Assembly: GCA_030704615.1 (NCBI GenBank)
Contig: CM060734.1
Coordinates: 9,238,001 to 9,302,000, forward strand
Length of the DNA stretch: 64,000 nucleotides
Origin: Takakia lepidozioides
Lineage: Eukaryota > Plantae > Bryophyta
Direction of reading: 5' to 3'
Shown here: positions 25,553-38,827 of the stretch, piece after piece
Layout of the letters: each line of letters begins with the position of its first letter
Position numbering within the stretch: the first letter of the stretch is position 1
Position numbers and translations under genes: made by a program
Notes under the pieces: generated by a model
Database searches by the model: none
Told to the model about the DNA's origin: nothing
What the model saw: the letters and a program-made list of their open reading frames with translations, nothing else

Positions 25553-26149
25553 TAATAAGTTGTACTCTTTCTATGCACAATCATGAACTCCTTAGTCAAT
25601 AGTTCAATGGTCTCATTAATGAAGTGACTTCCCTGGTCACTGATAAATTCCAGGGGACAACCAAATCTTGTAAGTATGTTCTCATACAGGAACCTTGCTG
25701 TGGACTTAGCTGTGTTGTCCCTCATAGCTTTAGCTTCCACCCACTTTGTAGTATAATCAGTGGCTGTGATTATATACTTGTTCTGTGTATTTCTGGCTGG
25801 TGGGTTAATTGGTCCAACAAAGTCTAGTCCCCATTTCTGAAATGGTTCAGTAGGCATTGTAGGATGCAAAGCCATCTTCCCGGATCTCTGCAATGGTCCT
25901 AGCCTTTGACACTCATCACAATTCTTGCAATACTTGTGTTCATCCTTGAACAATGTAGGCCACCAGTAACCTGCAAGTAGTATCTTTCTACTGGTAGTCT
26001 CTTCTCCAAAATGGCCTCGAGCCACTCCTTTATGAACTTCCTCCAAAACTTTATTTACTTCATGGTGGTACAAGCATCGTTTAAGTACTCCATCAGGTCC
26101 TAGCTTATACATTCTGCCCCCTATCATAGTGTAAGGTAAAGCCTTGATA
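25553..26149 (-). mobile_element. Ty3/Gypsy integrase fragment
   Basis: VHKGVARGHFG...GYWWPTLFKD...CDECQR...PFQKWGLDFVGP...DYTTKWVEA...ISDQGSHF; truncated after STTYY. Confidence 0.93.
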
Positions 26150-28628
26150 GGGGGCTGCTATTTCATGAGCAGCATGAGCATGAGCGGCATGAGCATGAGT
26201 GGAAAAAAAAAAAGCATGAGCGGGCCGAATTGTGTCCACGGAAATAGGGTTAGGAGGCACGGAAATAGGGTCATGTGGACTCGTCATAGCAATGAAATGC
26301 AACATTTTATTGCAAATTTGGTGGCAAGCCACGTCTATACAAGTGTGTCCTAACTGTCATAGCAGGAATGGGAACTACTCTCCTACACCTTCCAAGGAAC
26401 TTGGCCCTCCTTCTTCCTCATCCCCCTCAACCCCCCCATCCTCCGAGCTCTGTGATGCATCGGTTGCAGTATGCCTCTCAAAAATGTCGTCCTCTCCTTG
26501 GGGGACTGTCCACCTCACCTCCTGGGAATCTTCTGCCTCTTCTCCCCCACTTTCCTCAGCAGAATCCAACACAAATCTACAAGCCCGACGGGCTCTAATA
26601 GCTGTTGCCTCCTCCCTCATCTTCATTTTCTTGAGGCTTGCCTCGTCTAAAATCTGTTGTACACGACTAGGTTCGGAACACCTCCTAATGGACACCGAAG
26701 CAAGCCGGGCAGCATAAGTAGGAAGGATGTAGTCCCTTTCTAGACTAGGCATGAAATCCCCACTGGCAAAAAAAGGCACGTTCCTCCTGCCCATGAACTC
26801 CGGTGTAGACGTCCTTCCTGCCGTACTTGGCATCCTACAGTAAGAACAAATCCACTTCAAGAATGTCAATACCAGCAGAAGCAGAAAGGGTTTTCAATGA
26901 AATAAGAGAGCGAAGGGAGGTGCCTCACAAAATCTGGAGGCAACTTACAATGCGACCACTCACTCGTACACCGGGGGCTCCTCGGCCTCGATCCCAACTT
27001 GTTCCTCCCCCTGCTCCTTCTCGGATTTTTCCTCATCCTCCGAGGATGCCTCTTCCTCTTTCGGCAGACGTTCAGCCGCTGCAAGTTCCGAGTTGTGGAG
27101 GGCAATATCTGGCTCGAAGGCGAACACATGCCTGTCGGACAACGTCCCTGCCCACATTGAAGCACCTGAGGAACAAAGCGGGCGGTTAATAGCTTGCGGC
27201 ATACAATTGCAATCGGGCCAGGGGACAAACTGAGCACGTGAAGGCTTACCCGTGCCGCATGTGAGGTCCAGAATCCGCCCTTGGACATCCGAGCATGTCT
27301 CCATGAGGGTTTGGATGAAAGCAGGGCTCCGGGTCCGGCTGTACCGCCACGGTTTGCCTGTCTTTGTGTCCTTCGGCATACTGGAGTGGGGCACATAGTT
27401 GTAGAGGACATCATAGGTAACAGGGTCCACAACGGCATCAACAAGACGACCGTCGTTGCGGAATTTGAACGTAGACCCTCTCTTCACAAAGCAATATGCC
27501 TCAAACACCAATGTCTGCACATCCAACAAAAGAGGGATCAACTCCGGGATCTTGTTTAGATACACCACAATATGAGGTGAATGCAATAGATTGATAACTT
27601 ACACTTTGGCCCTCTGTTCGCAACCCCTGTGTATTGATGCAAAACCATTTTCTGAGGAGGACTGGGGTGACACTTTTTGGTGTCCACCTTGCCACCGCAT
27701 TCTTTGTGGTCTTCCCTCTTGTGGCAAGGACAACCACACATCCACCGTCATCCAGAAGCATCCCCGCCAGCCCAAACCCGGCTTTCCAGTAGTCCTCAGT
27801 AAACCTGTTCCAGGTGGGCACACCATCCCGGCCCTCTAGCAGCTCCCCATCTGGAATGTCAAGGAGAATCATGTTGCAAGCTCTCTCCACCTCAACCCCC
27901 CCCCCGAGTGCTCTTGCAATCCGTGCTCACAGCCGTGAAGAATTCCATCATGGCTTCAAAACCAGGGGTGTCTTTAGGCTCTGTACCGGCAGCCCTCTTC
28001 TTGGCTTTCCCCTTCTGCTCCGCTAGAGACTTGCTGTGTGCCACCTTCTTCGCCCTGGCAGCGAGAGCGTCAAGGAAGCTCTCATTGACGCATTGGATGA
28101 TGGTTGGAGGTTCTAGCTTTGGCCTGTGCGTAAATGTCACCGCCGAATACCGCCGTGTAGGCTCGCCCTCAAATGCCAACTTCTTGGCAGAGCCAATCCC
28201 ACTCCGAACTGACTTGGGAACCCGGACGACCGGTGACTGGGTAGTAGCAACAGCAGTCGCAGGACCTTGAACAAAGTCGTCGTCCGAGTCACTCTCTTGG
28301 GTCCCCTCCTGCGCCTCCTCCGATGCCCCGATGGTTTCTGTTTTTTGGGTGTTACTGCACTCACCTGTTTCCTTGTCCTTTTCCTTTGGCCTTTACTCTT
28401 CTCATTCAATTTCTCTTGAATTCCTGCCTGAGCAAGCTCTGCTGCTTTCCTGGAGTTCGCAAGCGCTTTTGCCTTTTTTGCACCCAACGGAGGCAGCGGA
28501 GCCCGGTTTCGTCGGGCCTCAGCATCCAGCTTCAATTGATTGAAACTCGGATGGGTCGAGCGAGCCGGGCGGAAGGTCCACATACCAAGGGCAATCACGC
28601 AAATGTTCCAGATGCCACTCCTTCACAA
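26150..28628 (-). pseudogene. Copy C: 5'-truncated subfamily-B MTase-like gene with its terminus at 26150
   Basis: Collinear reverse-complement homolog of ~18190-20543: ILLDIPDG, WRYSRTRSPAFIQTLMETCSDVQGRILDLTCGTG, RHVFAFEPD. Retains 27500-27610, which is deleted in B. Confidence 0.85.
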
Positions 28629-28629
28629 T

Positions 28630-29130
28630 TGGTCCTTGCATCATTGGCAGTATATGATTCAATTTCTTCAGAACTTTGAGCCTCGGACAGGAGTTACCCA
28701 GGTGAGGGGAGTAGATATAGAAATTACTCCCCAGTACTTGCAGCAATTGTTTGATGTCATCGGGTCATGTGGATGTGGATCAGCACAGGATGTGGATGAT
28801 TGCACAGGACAAGATTGCAGATAGGGAATTTGTTCCAAGAAGGGAGTTTCCTTAAGACTCAAGGTTACGCTTGCCCCAAAGCCGAGTACCCAGGGCTCGA
28901 AGAAGTTGGCCAAAAATTGAACGTTCTCATTGCCATGAAACAGAACCAACAATATTTGCGCAGATCATTCACAGAGGAGATACTAAAAGCTTTGAGGGGA
29001 GATGATGTAGCTTGGGCAGAGTTAATGTACAATGGTCTGGTGGAAGAGATGAAGAGGTTACAGGGTACTGCTGCTAAGTCTCCAATCATTGTGTCTGGCC
29101 CAGTCATTGGCCCCAATTATTCTTGACTCT
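28630..29130 (+). pseudogene. Fragment of a TE accessory ORF (plant-mobile-domain-like pattern)
   Basis: IQFLQNFEPRTGVTQVRGVDIEITPQYLQQLF...ALRGDDVAWAELMYNGLVEEMKRL; frameshifted; weak pattern only. Confidence 0.35.
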
Positions 29131-29932
29131 TGCATACTTGATGCACGAGAACGTAAGGAGGAAGATGGGCAGTGTTTGAGGCAGCAACCATGCAATAGAG
29201 GGAGCAGGGCTCTTCACATGGTGAGGGTGGACTGGGGGGGCAACACCAGTCTAAGAGACAGAAGCAGAATATGACTGTAGTGGCAGATCCACTAACTTCA
29301 GGAAGGAAAACCGCAAGATGAGTTTCAATAGCGGCTTGTGCACGATGGGGCACATCAGCACAGAGGGCTGTTATTACTGGAGCACGACCTTTGGGAGGAA
29401 GAAGAATCCACTTCGGTACCAACAGCCACACAGCCAGTTGAATCAGTGTCTCAGAGGTTCCACAGTTAGTACATGCTGTGAACCAGAGCCTATTGCTCTG
29501 AATGGAGAAAGGTTGACATTCCCTCTACAGAGCAGGCCGTGGCCAGGGAAAATTGAAAGGTGATCTTCTCTATGAAAACTCGCTTGGTAAGGGAACGCAG
29601 TGGACCAGAGGTGCAGAGTTTGTCCAAGGAAATCCCTGCTGTGCATGTGGTTTTCCAAAACCTGTGGCGGAGGTTCCAGGAGTGCTGGAATGTAGGGACT
29701 GCCAGGACGTGGAGGGAAGCGGTGGTCAGGAAGAGGATCTGGTGGGAAACATGGCCTGAATGGTTGGTTGAATTGAAAATCACTCTGTGGAGGATCGGGA
29801 GGAGAAACAACAACAAAGCCCCCCATGATGACCCATAGCAGGGCCATGCTTATGAGTTCCATAAGCAGGACACTCATTTGTTGGGCACTTATGTGAAATC
29901 CCATGTTCCATCACACAATTGGGAAACTTTGA

Positions 29933-30545
29933 GGGAGGTTTGCTATTCATGAGCATGAGCGGCATGAGCGGCATGAGCGGCATGAGCAGAGTAGTAACAC
30001 AATCGGTTTTCATGAGCAGAAGTACAAATTTCGCAAAAATTAAAAAACAATAAAATAATAATTTAATGCAATGTGTCAGAAAAAACAAATATATTAATCG
30101 GCCCTTGAAGGGAAAATTGCACTTTTTGACAGTTGTGCTCATGATATTCGTCTTCCGCTCATGCCAATTCCCAGCGACATGTGCAAATTATGGCGCGAAT
30201 TCGCGGTATAATAGGGTCCGTAACCTGAAAAAACGGCGACGAGTATTTCGCGGCAATAGGTCTCTCTGGCGAAAAATGGTGCCGAATTCCGCGGCTAAGG
30301 TCCCCTCATGACAGGTAATTCGGCGTCATTTTTTCCAGTGCATGTTGGACTTAGCCAGTTTTCGGCCCAAAAAAGAGAAATTCGGCGCCATTTTTCCAGA
30401 CACGGTACCAGTGCATGTGGGACTTAGCCAGTTTTCGGCCCCAAAAAGAGAAATTCGGCGCCATTTTCCCAAACACGGGTACCAGTGGCATGTTGGGACA
30501 TTAGCGAGGTTTTCGGCCCAAAAAGAGAAATTCGGCGCCATTTTC
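29933..30545. repeat. Putative element terminus plus subterminal GGCGCC-motif array
   Basis: GGGAGGTTTGCTATTCATGAGCATGAGCGGCATGAGCGG at 29933; AAATTCGGCGCCATTTT-type copies at ~30272, 30316, 30377, 30450, 30527. Confidence 0.75.
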
Positions 30546-30706
30546 CAGAAATGGCCCCAACAACTGCTTCTGTTGGATCTCAGTTTGAATGGAATATTGC
30601 CTCATTCCAGGAGTTTTGGGGTGCATTTCATTACACTGCAAAAAAAAAAGTCTGAGACAGCAAAATGCATTTGAAAATATCCATATGGAGGATTCCGTTT
30701 GCCCCA

Positions 30707-32395
30707 TCAATGATTTCTGGAATCCCTAAGGAGGAGTTTGTGCAGCTCGTTCACGCTCAACGCCGGTGCATGAATAAAGTCATCAATAGTCACGTTCATC
30801 CTCAACCTCTTCAGGTAAATGTAATACAGATGCTTGCACGGATAATACTTCGAACCCTTCTTTGCTTCCATCAACGAGAAGTCGGTACAGTTGCAAGTCG
30901 GCTCCACTCCAATCGTAATTGTGTATACATCGCGCGTTACAGCCGAGCCGGCCGTTGCCAATCCGATACACACGCCCAAGGCCGGGTGGGGGGGTACGTC
31001 ACGGAGCTCTGAATAGTGCAAGCCATCCCAAGAGCATTGGCAATCCGAGTCTATTCATGCAACTGTTGGGAGGGTGTCGTCTCTTCACTCTTTCCGAATG
31101 CATTGTGGGGAAATGTGCCACCAGAATTGTCCAATCCGTCTCTACTGGAACGAGGCAGTCTGCAATGGCTGGGTCTGGGAACCGGAAATGCGTGGGCCGG
31201 ATGTCTGTGCGTTGCAACCATTCGAAATCCTGCTGCAGATAGAGCATCCGCCTCATTCTGAGAGAGGCTGCAACCCGGTGCAACAGGCCAGACGCCCGGA
31301 GGCTCCGGCATTCCCTGAATCCCGTACTGGGCTTGCCAAATACACAGGTCATTATGTCGTGCCTACAGAACCAAAATGTCTGCGTTGTGGCGTGAGCAAA
31401 TGTGGGAGTCAAAAATCTGCCGCTGAAACAAGGTGCAGGTACAGCACCGTGTGGGTTCCTCCGAACTCATCTCACCACAGCGTGCTCTAGTATCCACCCG
31501 GATGGCGCAACACTTCCCTCGAAATGCCGGCAATGTCCTCGCAATCTCCACTGTGACTCCGACACTCTTGTCTCCACAATGGGAATGTTGTATGCTTTAC
31601 TACAGATGGCTTGTTATGTTGCCGGGGCACGCGCCCTGTGCTCAAAGGAGATGGCGATCTTGAACGTGCAGGACTTCGGTGCTCGACGAGACCTCCTCGG
31701 ACAACATCAACGGACCACGAGGGAGCGTGGCGAATATTTTGTCAGCTCGCCATGAATCCTCTTCTCCGCCAGGTGTCTCGTCAAGTCTTCTGTCTCACTG
31801 GGGGGTATGAACATCTCCTTCCAAATGTGCCTCTTCGCAGCAATGGCGTGTCCGAAGGCCCTCTCGCAAGGCCGCCGCCCACTTCCGAGGATTCTTTGAT
31901 CTGGAGGCAGTCCGCATCAGAATTTCCTGCCTGTCCGGCCCCAAGCCCCACTGTTTCCCTTTCAAGAAACTTGTTGTACCTGCATTGCTGCATAATTGAC
32001 CTCAATATCCTCCGTTGTGGCAGTGAGGATGTCCACCAGATGCGCCGCCAGAGGAGGCACGCCAGGAAAGAGTGCATGATTTGGCCATGTTTGTCGTGGG
32101 CATGTCGGTGTCGGAGTCGGAGACACATTCTTCCTGACATGCACATGTTCAGGTTTACAAGCAAGTTACACTATGGCAAGAATAACATCCACGGGACGCG
32201 AAGTCGTGCAACTCACCTCCCAGCATATAGTCGCCGAAATGGGGAACGATAATGCCACAATGCGAGCCAACTGACCATTGCTCCTGTCGTCCGATTTCCT
32301 TACAGCACCTGACGATGGCCACAAGCCCGTAGGCATGCACAACTGTGGCTATGCCATCAGCCAAGGGTGGGAGCGCGCTTCCACGCAAGGCACAT
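30707..32395 (-). pseudogene. SWIM zinc-finger protein, probable Mutator-like (MULE) transposase C-terminal part; runs into the gap
   Basis: YTITIGVEPTCNCTDF...YYPCKHLYY (SWIM CxC..CxH); upstream Cys cluster; DMPTTNMA(K/E)S.H..W resembles the MULE TNNxxES catalytic-Glu motif; intron ~32217-32134; many indels. Confidence 0.6.
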
Positions 32396-32895
32396 NNNNN
32401 NNNNNNNNNNNNNNNNNNNNNNNNNNNNNNNNNNNNNNNNNNNNNNNNNNNNNNNNNNNNNNNNNNNNNNNNNNNNNNNNNNNNNNNNNNNNNNNNNNNN
32501 NNNNNNNNNNNNNNNNNNNNNNNNNNNNNNNNNNNNNNNNNNNNNNNNNNNNNNNNNNNNNNNNNNNNNNNNNNNNNNNNNNNNNNNNNNNNNNNNNNNN
32601 NNNNNNNNNNNNNNNNNNNNNNNNNNNNNNNNNNNNNNNNNNNNNNNNNNNNNNNNNNNNNNNNNNNNNNNNNNNNNNNNNNNNNNNNNNNNNNNNNNNN
32701 NNNNNNNNNNNNNNNNNNNNNNNNNNNNNNNNNNNNNNNNNNNNNNNNNNNNNNNNNNNNNNNNNNNNNNNNNNNNNNNNNNNNNNNNNNNNNNNNNNNN
32801 NNNNNNNNNNNNNNNNNNNNNNNNNNNNNNNNNNNNNNNNNNNNNNNNNNNNNNNNNNNNNNNNNNNNNNNNNNNNNNNNNNNNNNNNNNNNNNN
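32396..32895. other. Assembly gap (500 N)
   Basis: Run of N. Confidence 1.
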
Positions 32896-35800
32896 TGCCA
32901 CAGATCCATCAAAATTCACTGCTGCTGTAAGAAATTGCAATTGTTTGTCAATTCCAGCCTTGGAATCCTACCAGTCAGCACTTAAAAGGTGAGAATCCGG
33001 TCGAATCAGAACACCCATTCTGTAACCAACAGGCTTTGTAGAGATTCTGATCCCACTCAGTGTCGTTTCCAACTCCTAAGGTGGTGATGCTCTGTTTGAG
33101 AGACTTAATCAACCCTTTCCACCATACCATTACACTGAGGCAATAAGGGGCGCTATGCTCCCTTTTATACCATATTTGCGGCATGCATCTCAAACTCGCC
33201 TCCCCACTCCGTGCCTTGTCAGTGAGCAATGTGTGTGGCAGCTATACCTGTCGATCTTCTTCCACCAGAAACTGGGGCGGCTGCAAGTGCTGCTGTGTGA
33301 TCTGCCACTGGTGCCGCTTCTATCCATTTGAAAGAAATGTTCTATTGCCACAAGAAAGTTACTGATTCCCTGCTGGTTATAGGTAATGGTCCTGCCGTGT
33401 CATGCAATCTGAAAAACGATCCACTACTGGAATACTGTGCAGTTTTGAGCTACCTGAGCGCAACACTCCGTTCTGTTTAGCCATCTGACATTCGTCACAG
33501 CCTTGAGAGTACTTGCTGATGAGTTTGTTCTGTCATGCCAGAAATACCGTCGGCATATCTCCTCTGTGTTCTTCGGATCCACAATGGTCCGTGGCCTTAT
33601 GCACTTCAGTGATTATTGCCTCTCTGTCGTTCTTGGTGGAACTACCCTTCCTCAACGTAGACCTCACCCTGAGATAGGGAGTACTGCATTGCCCGCTGTT
33701 CACCTCTTTTGCTCTCCTCCTTTGTCAGATAGTCATTGACTTCTCCAACACATAAGAGATGCATAACTTCCACATCATCAAGTACATCAGGTTGCCTTCC
33801 TCCTTACAGCTGCTGTATGATTGTCAGAGCTGATGAGAGACCTTTTCCCCCATCTTTCAGCTTCGCGTAATAGTGACATCTGAGTGGCCTTGGTGGGTGT
33901 GCTCCATGGCACCAAGTCCCCTTATCATCACCTGTTATAAGAAGAAGTGTCTTGTTCGGAACAATGTGGCCATCACTGTCTGAGAATAAAATGTCTTGGT
34001 GGAACACTCACCCCCATGTTCTCTTCAACTGGCCATTCTGACGAGGAAGTCACCCGAGTTTTTCTTGTTGTTTCTGTGCTTGTAGATTGTTGAAGGAATG
34101 GTGTTTTCTTGCAAGCTTCCCTCTTCATCGTTTGATCGTTCCTTCACAATTTTGCAGGCTGGCTGTACCTTGCTTAGCTCCCGATCACGAGCATGAGATC
34201 CTCGGTAATCACATGGATGGTGGGACAAAAGGCCATCAGATCTTCCTCTTCTTTGTTGTTGATTGCAGGAACCTCCTTTTTTCCTGCACCCATATCTTTC
34301 CAAATACCCTCCCTGACCAGATTGACAGGACTTGATTGATCAATTCCTTTTCCTTGTTTCTTGGCAGCCAAAGTCTGTGTAGCAAAAGTCACCCTTTTTC
34401 CTCCCCATTTGGCATTGTACCTGGTTTCAGTCCTCCTTTCAATATACATGAGCCTTGCTCAACCTTCCACCTGTGAAGAGCTATCTATTCCAACGAACTC
34501 AATGAAAAGTCACCAAGCAAATCTATTCCTATGTGGTGCTCTGAGTACAGCCACCAATATGGGTCCAGATCTGTTTCTAAAGAAAAATGACTTCCCAACA
34601 GTGTTTTTTTTAAAATGCCACAGACCCCACACACATGCATAGTACTCTTCTCTTTTGTAGATCATTTCCCCCTTTCACTGCTATACCCACTTGCTATGAG
34701 CCTCTTCTCTCAACTCCTTCTTACCCTCCTTAAATTGAAATAGATAAGCCTTGATGGCACCCCTATCCCACTCTAGTTTAAGAAATAGGCTCCATCCCTC
34801 TTCCTTCCTTCCCTTTTCTGACTGTATAGAGAAGTAGAGTATACCTCGATTTCCTCGGTTTCCTCTGCTGGTCCCACGGGATACCTGCTTAGCGCATCTA
34901 CGTTAGCATGCCTAGCACCGCCCTATGAACAATTTTAAACTCAAAATCTTGTGACATCATGATCCATCTACCCCTGCTTCCATATGCGTCACTTACCGTT
35001 GCCAACCACTCCAGTGGTTTGTGATCAGTCCTGATTACAAAGGGGTTCATACAGGTACTGCCTAATGTGTAATACTCCCCATACCAGGGCATAGCATTCA
35101 CCTTCCATAGGGTGATATTTGCGTTGAGCATCAGATAGTACCTTACTGGCGTATGCAATGACCCTCTCCTTTTTATACTCCTTTTGTGACAATACTGCCC
35201 CTACTCCTTTGATGGACCAGTCAACATCCAAGACGAACGGTCTTGAGAAATCTGGTCTTGCCAGGATGGGAGCAGTTATCAACTTCACCTGTAAGGCAGA
35301 AAAGGCGTTTTGTGCCTCTGCACTCCAGATAAACTTCACATCTTTCTTGGTTAGAGTGAACAAGGGTACTGCCACTCCAGCATATCCTTTGACATAGGGC
35401 CTATAGTACCCTGTCATGCCCAAGTAGCTTTTGAGAGCAGTGTGGTTTTTGGGCAAGGGAAACCTTTCAATAGCAGCTATCTTATCTGGATCAGGCCACG
35501 TTCCCTCTTCAGAGATCACATGCCCAAGGAATACCAACTGTAAGTTGGCAAAGTAACACTTGTCCGGATTGAGCCTAAGATTGGCCTTTCAACATTTCTC
35601 AGTACTCTCTTTATATGTCCCACGTGATCTCCCAGTCCTTGCTATGGATATTGACGTCATCTACAAAAACTTTAGCGCAATCTTTGATTTCTTCTTTGAG
35701 CACCCTATTCATTGTTCTCTGAAAGGTAGCAGTGGCATTTTTTAGCCCGAATGGCATGACTAGCCATTCATACAATCCCTTCTTTGTGATCACTGCTGTT

Positions 35801-35913
35801 TTGCTTATGTCTCGGTCGTCCATTTTGATCTGCCAAAACCAGATTGTAAATCCAGCGCAGAAACCACTTGGCTTTCCCCAACTGGTTAAAAACATCCTGA
35901 ATTAATGGCATAG
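32896..35913 (-). mobile_element. 3' part of the host Ty3/Gypsy: rest of RT, RNase H, ~1 kb extra segment, degenerate integrase
   Basis: PLIQDVFNQLGK...MPFGLKNATATFQR...VFVDDVNI; LDVDWSIKGVGAVL...TDHKPLEWL; integrase remnants 33700-32900 (CDECQ, AGPLP, LLTD). Confidence 0.9.
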
Positions 35914-36636
35914 TGTCGCGCACCTCACTTCGGTAAGCTCCCCTTCAAGTCATAGTTACTCGCTTTGATGCGCGCGCCTGACTCCCAACCTGGCCGCCGG
36001 GCCAACTTGGAGCTTCGGCTGCTCACCAGGACATAACAGTCCCCCTTCACTCCCCCGAAAGACCCTCCACCTATTTGGGCCTAGTGGAATTCCCTTTGGT
36101 AGATGGCAGTCCGGAACAGCTCCCCACTCTTTGGTCGCTTTCCGGCTCGCTCGCTTACTCACTAGTTTTTGGTCGCCAACAGGCTTGCACCGTTCTCGGG
36201 GTTTACTACTCCCCTATATACTTCTGTAGCTGTCCGCGGGGGTTCCACAAACAGCCATGCCATTTTATGGTGAACCACCACGAAGACCCTCGATTCCTGG
36301 TGGTGAGTCGCGGTGAGTCTTGGCCCACTCACCGCGGCCCCAATGGACCGTGATGAGTCCCAAGACTCCCCACGACTCCCACCTCGAGGTCTCCACCCCA
36401 TGGTGAGTCCTATGCCACCCCCACTAAGTCCCGCTAAGCTACCACCACCCCTTGTGGAGCCACCCCACCGCAACCCGGTGTGCGGGGCTCCGCCTAGTGA
36501 GCGTCTCCGCCTCCTTGAGTGCCTTGGGCACTCAAGGGTGCTTCAGCCCCCGTATCTATCGCTGCTACTGCCCCCACCACAGGGGCAGCCCCTTCTGTGT
36601 CCCGACCCCCTGCCCTCAAGGCAAAGGGCCGCGACA
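35914..36636 (-). repeat. 3' LTR (723 bp)
   Basis: Near-identical to 42158-42882. Confidence 0.97.
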
Positions 36637-37540
36637 CACACCCCTACCAACAGGGAGTCGATGTCCTCATCGACTTGTCCATTTTGTAGAAACGAACATC
36701 CAAGTTGTGGCGTCCCACATCAAGGAGTTTGCTTCCGCACCATGGCGTCCCATGGCAAAGAACCAAACCCCACACTTGACTCTACTCTCCACTAGCTAGT
36801 TCGGCCGACTTCCTCCAAGTCCCGGCCAAGGGTGGAGCCTCTCCAGCTCCTCCCAGTGCACTCTTCTTGGCCTACTTCAAGGCCAAGGAACGATCCTCCC
36901 CGAGGATCGAATCGCCTTACTGCAACAACATTGCTTGCGATCGCTCATGATGCCGCTTTTGGCATCACCTTGAGCAAGGGTTCACCTGGAACCCTCTTTG
37001 ACTAGGAAGATAACCTTGAATCAACCGTGCGCCCCAATCACTACAATTGGGTCCGCCTTGGAATGCTGGCCTGAGGTACGGGAACACGCCGAAGCCGCAC
37101 TACGACTTCGTCCCGAGGCTACACGATTATAGTACGTGAACGGAAGCATGTAGCTTCCGCGTTAGCCCGCACTACAAGGCAACCCCCTCGGTAGCGCAGT
37201 TATAGTACGCGCACGCGCCAGGTGCGCACTAGCACGTGAACTTCCAAAGAAGGCGCAAGTTGCATTGCCCCTTGGATGGGGGTCACCCGATTTTGGCACT
37301 ACGCAAACACACGATTAACCCAATTTACCTCTCCCACTTTTGTAAGCTAGCATGCATTCTACACACTAGCCAACCATACCATGCATCACCATTCCAACAA
37401 AATAGGACGCACAACATTTGGAAGCCATTTCATTTATAGCAAGTTTTGTACAATACAAGTTTTTGCAATCGGATTCCTAAGCTAGCTAAGGCGGGCTAAG
37501 CATGCATTTCTTCCCCCACGCTCCAAGGTTGATGTCTCCA

Positions 37541-38827
37541 TCAACGCTTCTTCCGCTTTTGAGGTCGCCCTTCGAACGCTGCAACCACCTCGGATGCGTT
37601 TCCCATTTCTGAGGCACGCACCCAAGATGCCTCCACATGATGATAGCCCTTCCATTTGACGAGATACTCCGTTTCTCGGTTCTTGAACCTCCCCGACTTA
37701 AGTACTGCCTCCACCTCATACTCAGGTTCATTTCCATGATCCAACAGCACAGGTGGCGGACGCAACACTTGATGCCGATTCGGACGCGCTTCATCTTTGA
37801 AGTAAGGCTTCAAAAGGGATACGTGGAATACTGGATGCACCTTGCTGTTTGCTGGCAGCTCCAATTCATATACATCCACATTCATAACCTTCCGGATGCG
37901 AAAGGGACCCGCATATGGAGGTATGAATTTTGGACTCACTTCCGGAGGTAGTCGAAAATTCTTGATGTTCAACCAGACTTCCGTGCCTGCCTCAAACTTC
38001 ACTTCCCTCCGCTTTCGATTCGCCTGCCTTTCATACCGTTTCCTAGCTTTGGCAATGTTGTACTTTGCGAGCTTCAACAAACGCTCGCGTTCTTCCAGTA
38101 CCGCCGCTACTGCCGGTTCCTCAACGTCCTGGGCGGCCCAACTTGTCGGCACCAGAGGTGCTTTTCCATAGACCAATACAAAAGGGGAAACTCCCGTTGC
38201 GGAGTGTTCTGTGTTATTATAACAGAACTCTACCGCGTCTAAGTGTTCCACCCAGTCTGATTGGTCTGCCGACACGTAATTCCGCAAGATCTGCTTCACT
38301 ACGGAATTCACTATTTCCGTTTGGCCGTCGGTCGTAGGTCGAAAGGCGGTGCTCATCTTCAGCCTCGTCCCCATCTTCTTCCAAAGTGTCCTCCAAAATT
38401 TACTCGTAAACTTTGGATCGCGGTCCGAGACAATATCCTTCGGGACTCCATGATGCTTTAAGACGTGGGCAAAGTAAAGTCGCCCTGTCTCCTGCGCCGT
38501 TGCCGTCTCCTTGGTGGGGATGAAATGGCCCATTTTACTGAACCTATCCACCACCACCATGATTGCATCGAATCCTTTTGACAGCGGCATAGCAGTCATG
38601 AAATCCATCGAGACGCTTTCCCAAGTCCCCTCTGGAATCGGCAAGGGTTGTAACAGCCCCGCTTGCTTTTTGTACTCGCTCCGGTTTTGTTGGCATGTGG
38701 TGCATGTCTTGACATACTCCTCTGCCTCCTCCCTTAGTTTGGGCCAGAAATACTCTTTCTTCAAGAGTGCCGCAGTGCGCTTGGCTCCGCCGTGGCCCGC
38801 AAGCGGGCTATCATGGCATTCTCTCAA
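37541..38827 (-). CDS. Integrase + chromodomain (frameshifted relative to RT-RH)
   Basis: [25 protein letters not shown] motif, YEVEAVL...YLVKWKGY...SW. Confidence 0.93.
   Translation of the reverse strand: MRECHDSPLAGHGGAKRTAALLKKEYFWPKLREEAEEYVKTCTTCQQNRSEYKKQAGLLQPLPIPEGTWESVSMDFMTAMPLSKGFDAIMVVVDRFSKMGHFIPTKETATAQETGRLYFAHVLKHHGVPKDIVSDRDPKFTSKFWRTLWKKMGTRLKMSTAFRPTTDGQTEIVNSVVKQILRNYVSADQSDWVEHLDAVEFCYNNTEHSATGVSPFVLVYGKAPLVPTSWAAQDVEEPAVAAVLEERERLLKLAKYNIAKARKRYERQANRKRREVKFEAGTEVWLNIKNFRLPPEVSPKFIPPYAGPFRIRKVMNVDVYELELPANSKVHPVFHVSLLKPYFKDEARPNRHQVLRPPPVLLDHGNEPEYEVEAVLKSGRFKNRETEYLVKWKGYHHVEASWVRASEMGNASEVVAAFEGRPQKRKKR

Noticed and set aside
32155-32992. Long ORFs spanning the gap
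   Set aside because: Artefacts of translating Ns.
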